Below are positions 13,632 through 27,300 of a stretch of 64,000 bases of DNA, in pieces. The position numbers and the translations under genes were made by a program. Below the pieces are notes generated by a model. The model was not told the DNA's origin, ran no database searches, and was given only the letters and a program-made list of their open reading frames with translations. The DNA comes from Phoronis australis (Eukaryota > Animalia > Phoronida). The stretch spans positions 1,141,126 to 1,205,125 of the forward strand of contig NMRA01000046.1 in assembly GCA_002633005.1 (NCBI GenBank), read 5' to 3'. Position 1 is the stretch's first letter; each line of letters begins with the position of its first letter.

Positions 13632-13754
13632 CGCCAGATAAACTAGAAAAAGTGTTGTAAGTTTAACAAGTTTAATTCGCAGCCGACAACACAACGAGGT
13701 CGAACCGGAAAGGCTCTCCCCAAACACAGTCGTACGAATAACAATGCAATGGCG
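13632..13754 (-). repeat. 5' LTR of the inner Gypsy element
   Basis: Direct repeat of 10275-10396, followed on the minus strand by PBS-like TGGTGGCAGTG and then the gag ATG. Confidence 0.85.
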
Positions 13755-15369
13755 ATAATAGTTTATGAAATATAAAAAAAGAGGGACTTGTCCAGAGGCT
13801 CTCACTTATAAACTTAACTCTGATTTCGGAAAAAGCGTCGCAAACTAACAAAAAGTGATATTCACACAATTCCTCGAGCAAATGTACACACTCTGCCTTT
13901 ATATATCACATTTACGTGACGACCAGCTTGTACTGCCAGTCTGTGGTTTGCACATCGAAAACATGTAAAACTTTGCACGAACACTCTTGGAAGATTTTCA
14001 ATTTCTAAACAGTTTTCATATTTAAATGCAACCTTAATTTTTTGTAATGGTTTAACTTAGAATTGGAATCAACATCGGGCTGCCATCTTTGCAAGGCACA
14101 GTCCTTAACCCGTTGCGAAAAAATATTTACAAACTAATTTTGACGGGCGACTCCTTGGTTTATCCAAAAATCATAGAAACCATACATTGACAATAAATAG
14201 AGGACTGAGGTTGCCCAATTATACATATGTCTACCATTTTCATCTAGTCTGTACAACATGTTGTAAGCGCCCTTGGATAACGTTCCTGTGGCATATTCAA
14301 AATTTTAAACCAGTAGTTAATACAGCTAACAAAGTATCTCGTAAACATAGGGTATCTGCCAAATTCACCCATTACTGCAGCGTTAGAGCAAGAACTGCTA
14401 AGTCCCAGGGTCCATTTACAAAGTTTAAAATGAATTTTTTCAAAACACTCGTATCAAATAACTGAAAGGCACGTGATGCAGCTTTATTTGCTTGACAAGA
14501 AAGAGTTTTTGTCGCTTTCGACCATGACAATTTAGGTGTGATAAAAACACCAAGATATTTATGAGATACAGCATCAACTTGCTGCTTGTTAAAAAACATT
14601 TCTCATAGTGTCTTAAGGGACCTCCATTTCTAAATACAATTATTGTGGTTTTCTTTAAATTCACAGCCATACCCCATGAATCACAATAATCATTGAGATA
14701 ATTCCACATACGTTGCAAGTTTGACACTGTTAGAGAGAACAAAACCATGTCACCTGCATATAATAGTGAATTAATATTTGTAGCATGTTCATCTAAGTAG
14801 ATGCTATTTATATCACAACGTGAATTTAGTTTTTCTAAAAACTCATTGAGATACAAAACAAATAGTAGAGGGCTTATCATACAGCCTTGTCGAGTACCAA
14901 TAGTGTAATTAAATAAGTCTGTTAAACCATCACGTGTTTTAACACATGATCTCAACTTGCTATACATTGATCACAGAATTGATAACACATTACCATGAAC
15001 ATTAATTTGCATAAGTTTATGAAAAAGTAAAATATGTAGTTCTCGATCAAAAGGTTTTGAAAAGTCAATAAATGCACAATACAATCTGCCAAACTTTTTG
15101 CTTCTGTGTTTCTGACATATCGCATACAAAGAAAATATATGATCCATTGTTGCGTAACCTTTGCGGAACCCTGCATGGACTCAAAAAGTTGACCATTACT
15201 TTCTGCCCAGTTGTACAATCGGTTGTTCAGTATTCTGGTAAATAGCTTCCCAACAGCCGAAAAATACCTCTATAATTATTCTCATCGTCCACGTTTCCTT
15301 GTTTAAACAACGGAATTAACATCGCATCACACCAAGCCTGGGGATAGGAACCTGACTGGAAAATTACGT

Positions 15370-15770
15370 CCAAGCTTTGCTTGACTGGCGAAACACACCA
15401 ACTGAAGGTATGTCCACGAGCCCCGCTGAACGTCTCATGGGACGAAGATGTCGCACCTTGTTGAAAGATCGCCTACTGGTGCAACGACACCCCAAGGAAG
15501 GTGACATTCGAGATCTAAAAGGACGCAAGGAGCGACAGCGTTTCTACTGCGATAAAGGCGTAGTTCAGAGACTTTAGATAAGCTTTCAGTTCAGAAAGGA
15601 AGGATGTGACGTGATGTTCGATTACGCGTTTTATTCGGAGTTTTGGACTTAAGTTGTAATGATAGTTTAGTGACCAGATTTATTTCCTGTTGTCATCCAC
15701 TTCCTGTCTAAGACCATGAGGTCATGATATGATAAAGTGACGTTTTATCTACGAGTTAACTGCAATTCGT
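15370..15770 (+). mobile_element. outer Gypsy element continued: integrase C-part, PPT and start of 3' LTR
   Basis: QALLDWRNTPTEGMSTSPAERLMGRRCRT continues the integrase broken at ~10103. PPT agaaaggaagga (15593-15604) is followed by TG at 15605. LTR end not defined. Confidence 0.8.
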
Positions 15771-15779
15771 TATACCCAG

Positions 15780-16260
15780 CCCCTAATCGGGTGCGCGCCG
15801 CCCATACCCATGGGCGGGGCAGCACTGAACTTAAGTGGGGGCTATAGCCCCCAACCCCCAATGGGGCGTCAACCATGTGGGACTGGGAATAATGCATGCG
15901 CACACCCAGCCTGACTTAGGGAGCTGATAATGACGTCTGTAACCGGATTCAGGTCCGCGGTGCCGGACGACTAGCAACTAAGCTAAAATTCCGGTAGTCA
16001 AGACGGCTTTTCACGATCGTAGCCTACGCCAGATGTCCGGTACCGGATGCCTAGCAGGCCACGCCGAGAGTCAATCTGATGCACTGCCCGTCCGGTACCG
16101 GACGACCAGCAACGTAAGTCCGGTACCGGACGGGTAGTCAAGATCGGGAGCCTTTGTTAAACGTCCGGTTGGATGCCGGCCTAGCCATGAGAGTCCGATG
16201 CACTGCCCGAGCGTCCGGTACCGGTATCAAAGGGCCAGTAACTAAAAATAATTTTTCTCA
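15780..16260. repeat. GC-rich repeat with multiple GTCCGGTACCGGAC palindromes (probable DNA-transposon subterminal region)
   Basis: Palindrome copies at ~16035, 16089-16104, 16118-16131 and ~16213. Confidence 0.5.
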
Positions 16261-17693
16261 AAAACAAAAAAAAAATTGGGAACACATCTAAGAACTTGAA
16301 GTACCTCAAATTTCACAATTTGAAAGGTACAAAGACAGCATTATTCCTTATCTGGCTACAATGAGTGATGGTGCAGTGCAAATGCCACTACAGGATATAC
16401 GCAAGCGAGTTCTCTACTACGGCATTGTTGCTGCTTATATCATGATTCCCACAAAAGCAATACCGAGGAAATCAGGAAAACGAGTACCCAAGTCATCAAC
16501 TATTAAAAATCAAGCTCGAGCAAGGTAACATCTCGGTTGGCCCCTCTTTGATGCCTCCTTCCATTTAAATTCTAGTTATGAAGAAACAATTCGAGGTGGA
16601 GGGTAAACCCGGATGTACTTCTCCCGACTCGCAGTCAATGACGTGTACGGGATGTGCCGCTAAGACCGATGGGCTAATCGAGGTATTGATCATTCTAGCT
16701 TTTTTGAACGTTAGGAAACCCAGTTTACTCAGTGGTACATGAACACCAAGAGAGTCGAGTGTCCTCAGGGGCCGTGTTACAAGCAAATGAGGTAGTTATA
16801 ATGTATCGCAGAAACTTTTAACTAGCTACCAAGAAATTCATGTTCCTTGTTACTGAATTCACCATGCAAAGGCAATTACAATGCAAAGTAAGTTATAATG
16901 AATGTGCTTTTCAAAACGAACAATTTCAACGATAGTCTACAATCATAGGTTTGTGGAGGAGTTATAAACCTTCGTTGCATACAAAGAAAACTAATTAGTA
17001 GAGCCAATGAAGTAATAACGAGCTGCCACTTCTTTCGAAATCCTGAAATAAACTCCAATTTGACTAAGGAACAATTTGAGACCAATTACTATTTTTAATA
17101 GAAATCGAATAGTTATCTCTTTAAAGTTCTCGATTCCTCGTTTTTGACCACTTTTGAATTGCAGTTTGCATCGAGTTTTGATTTTTTAACGAACACGTCC
17201 ATTTTTAAGCGGCAAAGGTAGGCGACCAGGTCTTCCGATCAAGGCTAAATAACTACCGATTCTGCAGCCCATTCATGATCCTCTATAATACATGCATATA
17301 GTGATAACACTGCAAAAGCCAAGGACCAGCAACTGCCAGCCAGACCAGGAATGGATGCGGTACAAGGGACCCCAGGAAGGCCAAGGAAGAAAAAGCGGCC
17401 TTGAAATATTGTTGAGCTTGACATGGATGTAAATGTCATTACATATCCAAAAACGCACTAGTTGGTTTTGGTTTTCAATACAGTTTGTTCTAAAATTGCC
17501 ACAGCCAAAGCATTCCACATTTCATCTTGGTTCCATCGCCTTGGTACCCAAGCTAGAAACACGCTCACACTAACCCCGTCCAGGGGAGAACCCTCTGAAG
17601 CAACGCCCACCCAATCCAGAACAACTAATCTGCTTGCCAGTAGCTGACATACAGACTATAAAAGCCAAAACAATATTAAAAAGCATCTAATTG

Positions 17694-17699
17694 TTTATT
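17694..17699 (-). promoter_or_regulatory. candidate RNGTT polyadenylation signal
   Basis: AATAAA on the minus strand ~490 nt downstream of the RNGTT stop. Confidence 0.4.
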
Positions 17700-18185
17700 T
17701 ACACAATATATACAAAGAAACCATTTATTATACAAAAGGGAAGAAAAGAACATATGTGTGGTCTAAGCCTTAGAAGTCGCACTTATGTTAAGAATTTAAT
17801 ACCATTTCACATCTTCTTTTAACTTAAAAGTTAGACTCAAAAGTCACAAAATTGATTCTTATGGATGCAACTAATCAACTTTGTGTGAAAGGAGCTCACA
17901 TTTGATTTAGATAATTTGCCCTCATCAAAACTGGTCTCAACATCCCAACTCAGAAATGATCCCTATACTGTAATCCTCTATTGTTTAACAAGATGCTCAA
18001 CACTTAAATTTAAAATGACCAGTTTTTCTCAAGTAATAACAGACTGACAGTTCTTCCCAAGTTCCAAAGACACTTATTGAAACGAGCAAGTGGTCTAAAG
18101 CCATAAAAGCCATCTTTCACTGAAGTTGGGTTTAGGGCAGCTTTATTAACTGGGCATCTTATTTTTGACTGTCACATTTCGTAAT

Positions 18186-18322
18186 TCAGATTGTGGGAGG
18201 AGGCATCAACTCCCGGTCATTCTTTGGTTGTGATGTTGTAGCTGCTCTTTTGTTCTTTGACTTCTCTATACATTGAAATAAGATGTCCTTTGTAACTGGT
18301 TTCTGTATGCTGTTACAAACAC
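18186..18322 (-). CDS. RNGTT: RNGTT last coding exon
   Basis: ttttctag|(G)[44 protein letters not shown]. Confidence 0.92.
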
Positions 18323-21300
18323 CTAGAAAACAAAGATATTACACTTTAAAGTAGATGCGGAGTTGAAGCTGCAACGGTTCCATAGACAATGCTGTTGTAA
18401 GAAAAGAGACTGAGATCACCACTGCACACCATCAAAAGCTTAAGGAATTTCCCCACACAGGCAATTAAGAACTAAACTACTATACACAGCAACGGAAATT
18501 GCTTTCGCATTATATCCAGGTTCTCATTCACTTCTTTGCATACTATCATTCACAAGTAAGACTGAGCTCAGATGAGTAGGGGACACCTTTGTGATATGCT
18601 CGATAGACAGCCAGTAGAGCCAGGATTCGAACCCACGTCTCCCAAACAGGAGTGCAGAGCTCAAACCTCTAAGACACACTGTCTACTCCTCCTCACTACT
18701 ATAGTGATAAAACGCATTCAAGGAAATCCCGTCAACAAGACCTAAATTAATATTTGATACCACATCAGATATTGTAGCGTTAATTGGACGTCATTTGTAC
18801 GTAATAGATAATTTAATGTTAAGGACATCAGGTAATGTCTTCCTGATGACCTTTGCTGAATGGTGATTTAAAAAACTTTTGGACTTAATGCCTCCTCTCT
18901 GCTTAAAACATAACAGAAAAATATAATCCCAATTCTCACGATCAAATGATATGCAACATTATTTAAAACATACCCATAGCAGTATCATAAGCATTTGGAA
19001 ACGATTTGTCTGTCCGTTCTCTCATGAACTTCCATTGATTGCAACTAGGATCCCAATGACATTCTATGATTTTGTTGTCATATTCCTTTAATTCTTTGGT
19101 GAGCTACAAGCCAAATCCATAGAAATACAGGTTAAAACAAAACAAGGAAATGGCTCACATGCTCATGGTAAGGTATATAATGTCAACAAAATTAATAGGA
19201 ATAATATAAACATCTCATGAACATGCAATATAAACTGAATTATCTAACAGGTGTTGCCTTGTTAACAAGTCAAGGAAGACTTCCTTACTGGTTACAGTGA
19301 AGAAATGTAAAAGGTCCCTTTTACTCAATACGGCATACAGTAGGGCCGATTGTACGGAAAAGAAATTGATGGAAAAGCAATTGATAGATCACATAGTGAA
19401 AAGATAAAGAACGCATTTTCCACTGAAGACAAGACAAAAGGGTGTGTAGAAATAAGATCACCTTTATTTCTGAGAATGGTGTTGCCAAACTTCCAACATA
19501 CAAGTAGCCCTTGGTTTGAGGAAGCATTCTGAAAATGGACAAGAGATGGTATTCATATGAACTGTTTTATTTACTCTCTACAGCTTGAGCAATCAAATCA
19601 CGTTTATTTTTGGCCAAACCATGATTACGAACTTTAAAATCAGTGCTTATGTAAGCACAGACAATTGAATTAGTTTTTTGATGTATTAATTCACCATCAG
19701 AAAGACTTGCTATACACATCAGTGTATAGAGAACCCACTTTCTCAGATATGTACCTCAAGTGGGATAGTTTTGTTCTCAAAAAGCACAAAACTGGTCTAG
19801 TCGATGGTCTGATTAATGGGGCCTTTAAAGTTTGACTTTTTTAACTGTGAACTTGAGTTTTAAACAATCTCTTGATTCAAAATGGATATCCAAAAACACT
19901 TATATAATCTTGCATTGACGGGTTTTACGAAACCACCCTAAGACACCTGCTGATGTTTGTTATGGTCCTGAATTAAAGAAAGTATTTCTTAATCTTCCCT
20001 GGGTAACAGTAGTTGTGTGGTTGACAGACAGGCTAAGAGCATGCTTAGAGCTATTGTTCCATGTTTGAAACTTGTAACAATCTTTGAACCTGTAAACAGA
20101 CTTTTGTCATTGTCTAGGCTCAAAACACCACTGGGTAATTCTCAAAAGTGTCATGCTGTGTACCGCCTCAACTATAAGGAATGTGAACAGTTTTACATTG
20201 AAATGACCAACAAGATTCTCAGCGTCAGAGACAAAGAACGTTGTAAGGACACACACCATGCTGTTCTTAATCATTCATTCACCACTGGTCACAGGATAGA
20301 TTACTACAGTGTTCAGATCTTCAACAAGGACATCTGACTAGACTTAGAGCAGAGGACACTTCTTCAGTGTGGGGGCATTCATATGATCAGGGACCTACAT
20401 GATTTACGTCAATACTGGCATTTCTGCAGGAAGGTCCCAGCTTTGCAAGCGGCACCTGGTGAATTTCGAGTACCGCGTAGGAGCCATTCATAGATGTCTA
20501 ATCTAGAATCAGCACAAGTAATGTCATCGTATTGTGTAGAGAGTGCAGAGCACTGACAGTCACCTTTATTCCCAGGGCTCAGACAAAAGTATATGGTCTT
20601 AAAAAGTAAATACAGTTCGGATTTATGCTATTCAGATCCAAACCACTATCATGAATCATTCATTCTGAATAACTGGTAGAAATATTAATTGGTGCACCTG
20701 AGGTATATTTATATTGTAAAACAAAGCAGTTTTCAAATTTTCTCCAAACCTTTGAGGTTGACGAGGGTTCCAAAGCATTATTTTATTTTAGAGAGCTGGA
20801 TAGGAACAACATTGACATCTGTGAAAACCAGCTACAGTATCTAAATAAAATGTAACATGTGGCAAGCGTTAGCAAAAATCAACATATCCACTTTATTCAT
20901 AGGAATGAAGAGTGGTGCAATTTCACTATGGGTTGGTGAGTACGTTTAATGAGTATTTAAGGAAAAGTAAGGATTAATTAGTATGACCTACCCTGGTTTG
21001 TTTTCTTTGACAATTTTTAACCTGAAGTCGACTGAATTGAGACTTGGAGGTTTCCACTTGAGTACATCTGGACAACGCCCTGTCTTGTACGCCTAAAGTA
21101 GGAGAGTTACAAGAGACAAAAATACAACAAAACTCCAATCCAAGTTATTCACCTAAGATGACCACATTGGCAGATGCAATTCGCATACTTGGTGACAAAA
21201 CCCTTTGGAGAAGGGCCAACATGCTAAAGATTAATGCCAAAGAAAGTTAATTTGTTTTATCAACAGAAGTTTATATACAGGACTACTTGATGCTACTGCA

Positions 21301-24300
21301 ACAGCAATTACAACGAGTATCAAATGTCATGTTTCAACAACACAGATTATTTCTCAACTGAATCTTTCAACACATGATACATTGGGCGACTATAATTGGA
21401 TGACAACTGTTGTAATGTGAGATGTTGAGCAAGACCTCCCACAAGACTGTGCTGGCACTCCTTATAACACAGGCTTGGCATTAACACCATTCTACTTATA
21501 TTTGTTCTGAATCTTCAATGCAGGAGTCCAGGAAGTAACCTTGGAGGTGTAACATTATTAACACTGACAATTATAATAACAGATCAAACTTTTGCATTAG
21601 AAACTTAATAACGTGACTTTTACGACTATGAATACAACTGAAAACTCACGTCTTTTCCAGGTTGGAAAATTAACCCATCAGTTTCATGACTGACTTGATC
21701 AGCAAATCGTCCATGCAGTAACTGTGAAAAAATCATAAACAACTTGCTTTCAACATACATTGACAATAAGTAAACATACAACAATAAGAATGAAAGTACG
21801 ATGTTAGCCATCAAGAATAAAAAATTATAAGTGAAAACATTTTAAGATTATATTGAACTCTACAAAAATGCCCAAATTTGGCGAACTGCAGAATATCATA
21901 ACTCAGAAACAGCTGATCCGGTTCTTAGGAAACTATCAGATACTATGCTTTATGCACGTTAGGAAGTGTTTTTAAAGGTAATTACACATAAAGGGCTATC
22001 AAATAGTAGGACTTGATTGTTTTGAAAAAAATTCATGTTGCATAAAATGAAAACAAAATCAAAACTTAGAATACTCTACTATCATTTTCGAGATTTCATC
22101 TTGACTATCTTTATCAAACGAAATTTGGTGGTCAATATTGATTTCTAAGAATGTACATTTTTTATTAAATTTTACTACAAAAACTAGGTCACATGAATCA
22201 ATTAATGACAGATGAAGTCAAAATAAAATTCCACAGGCTTTCTACTTTTACCACATACACACTTTTACTGAGTTAAAATCAACACTTTTGCAGATATTTG
22301 GCTGAATGCAGACTTGTCGACAAGGTCCTTCATAACCCTAACAAGACAACAATACTAGAATTAGGAATAAGCAGATTTCTTTCTGTCTTCAAAAAGTCGG
22401 CCAAATGTAGATAACTGTAACTTGCTTACTCTGCTACACATCAACCAAACTGACAGTAAATCAGTGATAAACAAAGATGTATCTAGAAAATGACACTGGT
22501 CCTACACCAAACCATCATGTGCCATCTGTTGATGTCAAAAAGAATCAAACTTTAAAGAGTTCACACCATGCATTTTTTATGCCAAATAGTCACGATTTTT
22601 TAATTTTGAAGAAAAGTTAGTTATTTCGAAATTTCCCGCCAAATGATGTAATGGGCGGAAGACATTTGGTCACTTGACAATCAATTGTAGTGACAGAACA
22701 CAATAGATCAGAAGACGAGGACAATTTTGAGCGAGAACTGGACAATTATTATGCAGACAGAGAGAAGAGTGGATGCGAGCATCACACTCAAGTACTTGAA
22801 GAATCAGACAATGAATTTGACTTTATACTTAGTGAACTTTCGTTGGCTTTGAGGCCGTATGAACTTGACCCACTTAAACGAGAAATGCTAAAGACATATG
22901 TGAGCCACAACCAACTGAACCAAGGGGTGGTCAATATTCACAAAATAGACACTTGATAATGATTGACAAAGGCCACAGTACACCTGGGTCACTCGCATTC
23001 ACTATTGCCATGATGGAATGAGCAGTCTAAACACAATGTTGTAGCACTCAATCTTTGGATGGGTTTAAGAGCCTGGCATTACTAGCCCTAGAATGATTCC
23101 TTGACATGTGCCCCAACAAAGTGTGGCTTTCGACTGAATCGCATGTTCCAAACTGACATTCCATAATCTAGTGTGGTGCACAAACTGATATAGACCGGTA
23201 GCCCAGAGCACTTAGCATAGATGAACGAGGTACCAACATCTGATCACGGGAGCATTTAGAGTCCACCTCAGTATGTACAGAAATGAACGTCTGCCGTTGT
23301 CTGCACTCTGGGTGTGACCCCTGGGGGCCTTACAAAGGGCCCAAAAATGAGCTAGACTAGATATTCGAGGTACCAACCAAAACTGATTTAAAATGAACAA
23401 TAGCACCGCACTGAACACCGAATGACCCATGACAGACAAATCTCTTAAGATGCATTAATAAAATTCTTCTTGAGACACAAGGTCACGGTGACTTCGACAA
23501 AAGTGACAGGCCGGTGGTAGGCCTACTTTTCGGAGCATAAAATGACTGTTAAGATCTCGCCTACTTGTTAAGCCTGGTCATCAAGCAATGCTAAAATGTC
23601 AGTTCACGTCTTTCTGTTATACAACACAATTTCACGTCAGAATATTTTGCGATTGGGCGCGGGTGTTGACACGGGGATCCGATGTCTCCATATCTCTACA
23701 TACTGTGCGCAGAGATCATGGCAATTATGGTCCATCAGAATTCGAAAATTAAAGGCATTTGTATTGGGAGCAGATCTCATAAAATAATGCAGTATGCCGA
23801 TGATACAGTCTTAACTCTTAATGGGTCTAGCGACTCTCTGAATGAAACCCTGAATCTTTTAGACCAATTTTCAAGTTCTCTGGACTAAAACCTAATTTAG
23901 AAAAAACAGAATGTGTGGATAGGGTCTATGAAATACAGTGAGGTTATGCCCTGAGAGAGAGCTACTTTGGAGAAAAAAATACTTCACCACACTTGGTATT
24001 AAATTTAGTCTTGAGCTGTCTGAAATAACCACATTAAATTATGAAGAAAAGATCAGTGAAATTGAAGGTGGTCTCAGGACATGGGCCAAAAGAATCTTGA
24101 CTCCCCTGGGAAAAATAACTGTAATTAAATCATTTATGATTTCCAAGCTAACTCATTTGTTTATTGCATTACCTTCCCCGTTACAGGAAACGATTCAAAG
24201 ACTAGAAAAACTTTTCTATAATTTTGTATGGGATGGTAAAAACGATAAAATCGGTCGAACTACGTTAATTCAAAATTTCACGCATGGAGGCTGTAAAATG

Positions 24301-27300
24301 ATACACATTAGCTCTTTCATCAAATCTTTAAAGGTTTCACGGTTTCGTAAAATAAATTCATGTAGTGAAGAGTTGTGGATGGATATTTTGACTCAAAATA
24401 ACTTTTTTAATACCCATCGTAACTACTTGTGCTTTGGCACAACATTTTATGAGATCTGGTCCAAAATATTTCAAATTTGTTCTGGAAAGAGATATTCTCT
24501 TACATTAAAGAATTTTTGAGTAAATTTCCGGTAAAAAGAGAAAATATTATATATGAACCTTTGTGGTACAATTCTAATATTTTGGCAGGTAAAAGACATT
24601 TATACGTATTATAGAAGGTGGTATGAGAAAAATATTGTATTTATTTATGACTTTTTAGACTCTAATGGGACGTTTATGAATTATGAAACTTTCTGTAACG
24701 TACATGATTTTTCTCCACCCTTCACTGAATACCTTGGTCTTAGGAGTATATTACGACCATATCTAAAAGATAGTAAAGGTCACGTCTTTCAAGTTACTTT
24801 ACCTAATTTTCCTCATGTATTCTCTAACACCCTATTTTGCCAAAAGCCAAATAAATTTATCTATGATACTTTAGTCTATCAGCTATACAGAAAACCAAAA
24901 TTTGAGTTAAAATGGGAGATGGTGTTGAATTTGCAATTATCTGAAGAATGGTGGAGAAAAACCTACTGTTGCTCTGTAGACTTCACATCTGATACAAAAC
25001 TAAAATGGTTTCAAATTAGATTGACCCACAGAATTTTAAGTACAAACACTTTTCTCCATAAAGTTGGAGTTACTAACTCGCAATTGTGCACCTTTTGTAA
25101 AAAGGAACCAGAGGACTTAATTCATCTCTACTGGTCATGTCATGTTGTGTGTTCCTTTTGGTCGGCATTATTTCGATGGATCGACCAAAAATTAAATATA
25201 ACCTTAAATCCTGCCATCATCGATATCCTTTTTGGTAAGCATTCTTAATCAAAAGTAATAAATCTAGTATTGATATTGGGTAAATATCATATATATCATC
25301 GTAGGTTAGAAAAACGCTTGCCCTGTATTGATCATCTCAAGGCAGAGATATATGAATATTTCAAAATTGAAAAATACATTTTTGCCAAAAATTGTGAACT
25401 TTTGGAATTTCATAAGAGATGGTCTCCTATGGTTCTTTTGTTTCATTGACTGGGGTTACAACTAAGATTTAGGCTCCCGGAGTGAATGAGTGTATGAATG
25501 TGTATATTCCCTTTAAATTTAGTATATGTTTCACGCTACTTATGGATGAATAAATGTTCAAAAAAAAGTCAGTTCTTCCCAAGCCACAGAAATCACTTCT
25601 TATCTCAGTAAGAAAAATATTGACGACTGTGAAGCATATTTATAATGGAAAGCTGTTTAAACGAGAAGTTAGTTTTTTGAGTAGGGTTTGATTAAAGTTT
25701 GACACAATGAGCCAAAGAAAAAGCTGAACAGAAAAACAATAAGAGGTGTTAGTACACTGAGTAGAACCTACACTTTTGGCAGCTGAAATGTCCCAAAATG
25801 GTTTGGCGCGAACACTGAATGGTTCTTTAGTTTTGTCAAGATTCCCTTTGATGATCTTCTCGTGCCTCGGACCAATGATTTCTTTGTTTATACAAGTAAG
25901 CCTTGTACCAAAGTCAGTTCCACCTACGTCAATTCCCTGTAAATAAATGCATGCTTGTAGTTTATTAAACAACAGAGACATAGTAAAAAGCAATACCCAC
26001 GGACTTAAGCTGTTTGCTTGAATAGCATAAATATAGATTATTACATGTTCTCAGTTGCTATACCCCTTATGTAGAGCCCTCGTAGATTTTGGAGAATTAT
26101 TGCCCTCGGAGCGTTAATTCATACCACATACTGAAGAGAAATACTGCAATGAATCGATCTACCTTTCTCGACTTGCGTCGGCTTTGTAACTACTTTCTAT
26201 GTCAGAGGTCCGGGGTCGGTGGTCGTGACCTTTTAAAATAGCCGAGCTATTTTTGTCAAATAATGCTTTTACTCAAAACCAATCGAAATTTTAAACATAA
26301 CGGAAAGAAAGTGAATCTATAAAACTATTCTAGCTTACTACACATTTTATCACGCTAAGCTTTGCCCAAGAAAGTATCGTCTGCTAAAGTAGGTTACCAC
26401 TGGTAACTGAGTATAATGCTCGAGTCGAAGGATCTCGACGACACGATACCCGCATTCAAATTGAAGATCGGTAATTTACAAGTGAGAGAAAATGAGAGAT
26501 AAATTTCACTGAATTAAAATATCTTTCTTATAGAAATTATGTATCTTATTTTTCATAGCGTATAAATGTAGATACAATGCGCTTTGTTGAACATGCAATT
26601 GTAGCGCACGCTCATTTAAGTATTCTATTTTCACATTCGATGACGTCAGCCCATGAGTGAGGCAGTGGTAAAGTCGACGACTCGAAACTCTTGTGGACCG
26701 GGTTCAAAACCAGCCTCGATTCCCGCCAAAATGTTATTTCACAAGTGAGATAACTAAATGGGTTATTACATGGTTGTATTGGCCATTAGAGGCAGATTTT
26801 GTGGCATAATGATCAATTATACATCATATCTACATCTGGATTAAAACACAAAAAGTTCAAGAAGAATTTGGCAGGATTTGCAACAAGTACTTCTGAAGTA
26901 TTACAATCCATCTGAAAAACAAGAGCACCATGGAACGTTGAAATTCACCCATGACAGTAGTGCAAATGTCATGCTTCAAAGAGTTTTAAACATAAGATTC
27001 CAAATTAGATGGAGCAGAATACGTGAACCCATCCAACAAGACTAATAGGGAGCGCTGAAATGCACCTACGGCAGCACCACCAATGATGTACTTCTATAGG
27101 CATGTTTCTTTATCATAAATATGGTTATTACATGGCGCAAAATATGTTAAACCTGTCCGAAATTTGGAAGGTAGCATTGTCATCTGCTGCCATCTCCATA
27201 GGAGCACATCAAAGTACTTGAACCCATCTGAAAATCAACATCAGGTGTGGCTTTCATATCAGGAACACAACTACCAATTTTCGTAATGATCCAGCGGTAT

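Larger units (their letters stand above)
10275..13754 (-). mobile_element. Gypsy-type LTR retrotransposon, internally deleted (gag, protease, RT, integrase; RNase H region missing)
   Basis: gag [28 protein letters not shown] at 13618; [42 protein letters not shown]; integrase ADVMKRERQLILVLRD; two ~122-bp direct repeats at the ends. Confidence 0.9.
10104..15369 (-). mobile_element. 5'-truncated non-LTR retrotransposon (RTE-X/L2-group-like), split by a Gypsy insertion
   Basis: RT motifs YPQAWCDAMLIPLFKQG..NNYRGI, GTRQGCMISPLLF, LLYAGDMVL; C-terminal EYHFLLVC. ORF end resumes below 10275, followed by a 3' tail gggccgatggcc..aataaa(ggaa)n near 10105-10150. Confidence 0.85.

Noticed and set aside
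16361-17647. Short ORFs or exon-like segments between the TE stack and the RNGTT 3' end
   Set aside because: No recognisable domain and no consistent splice chain.
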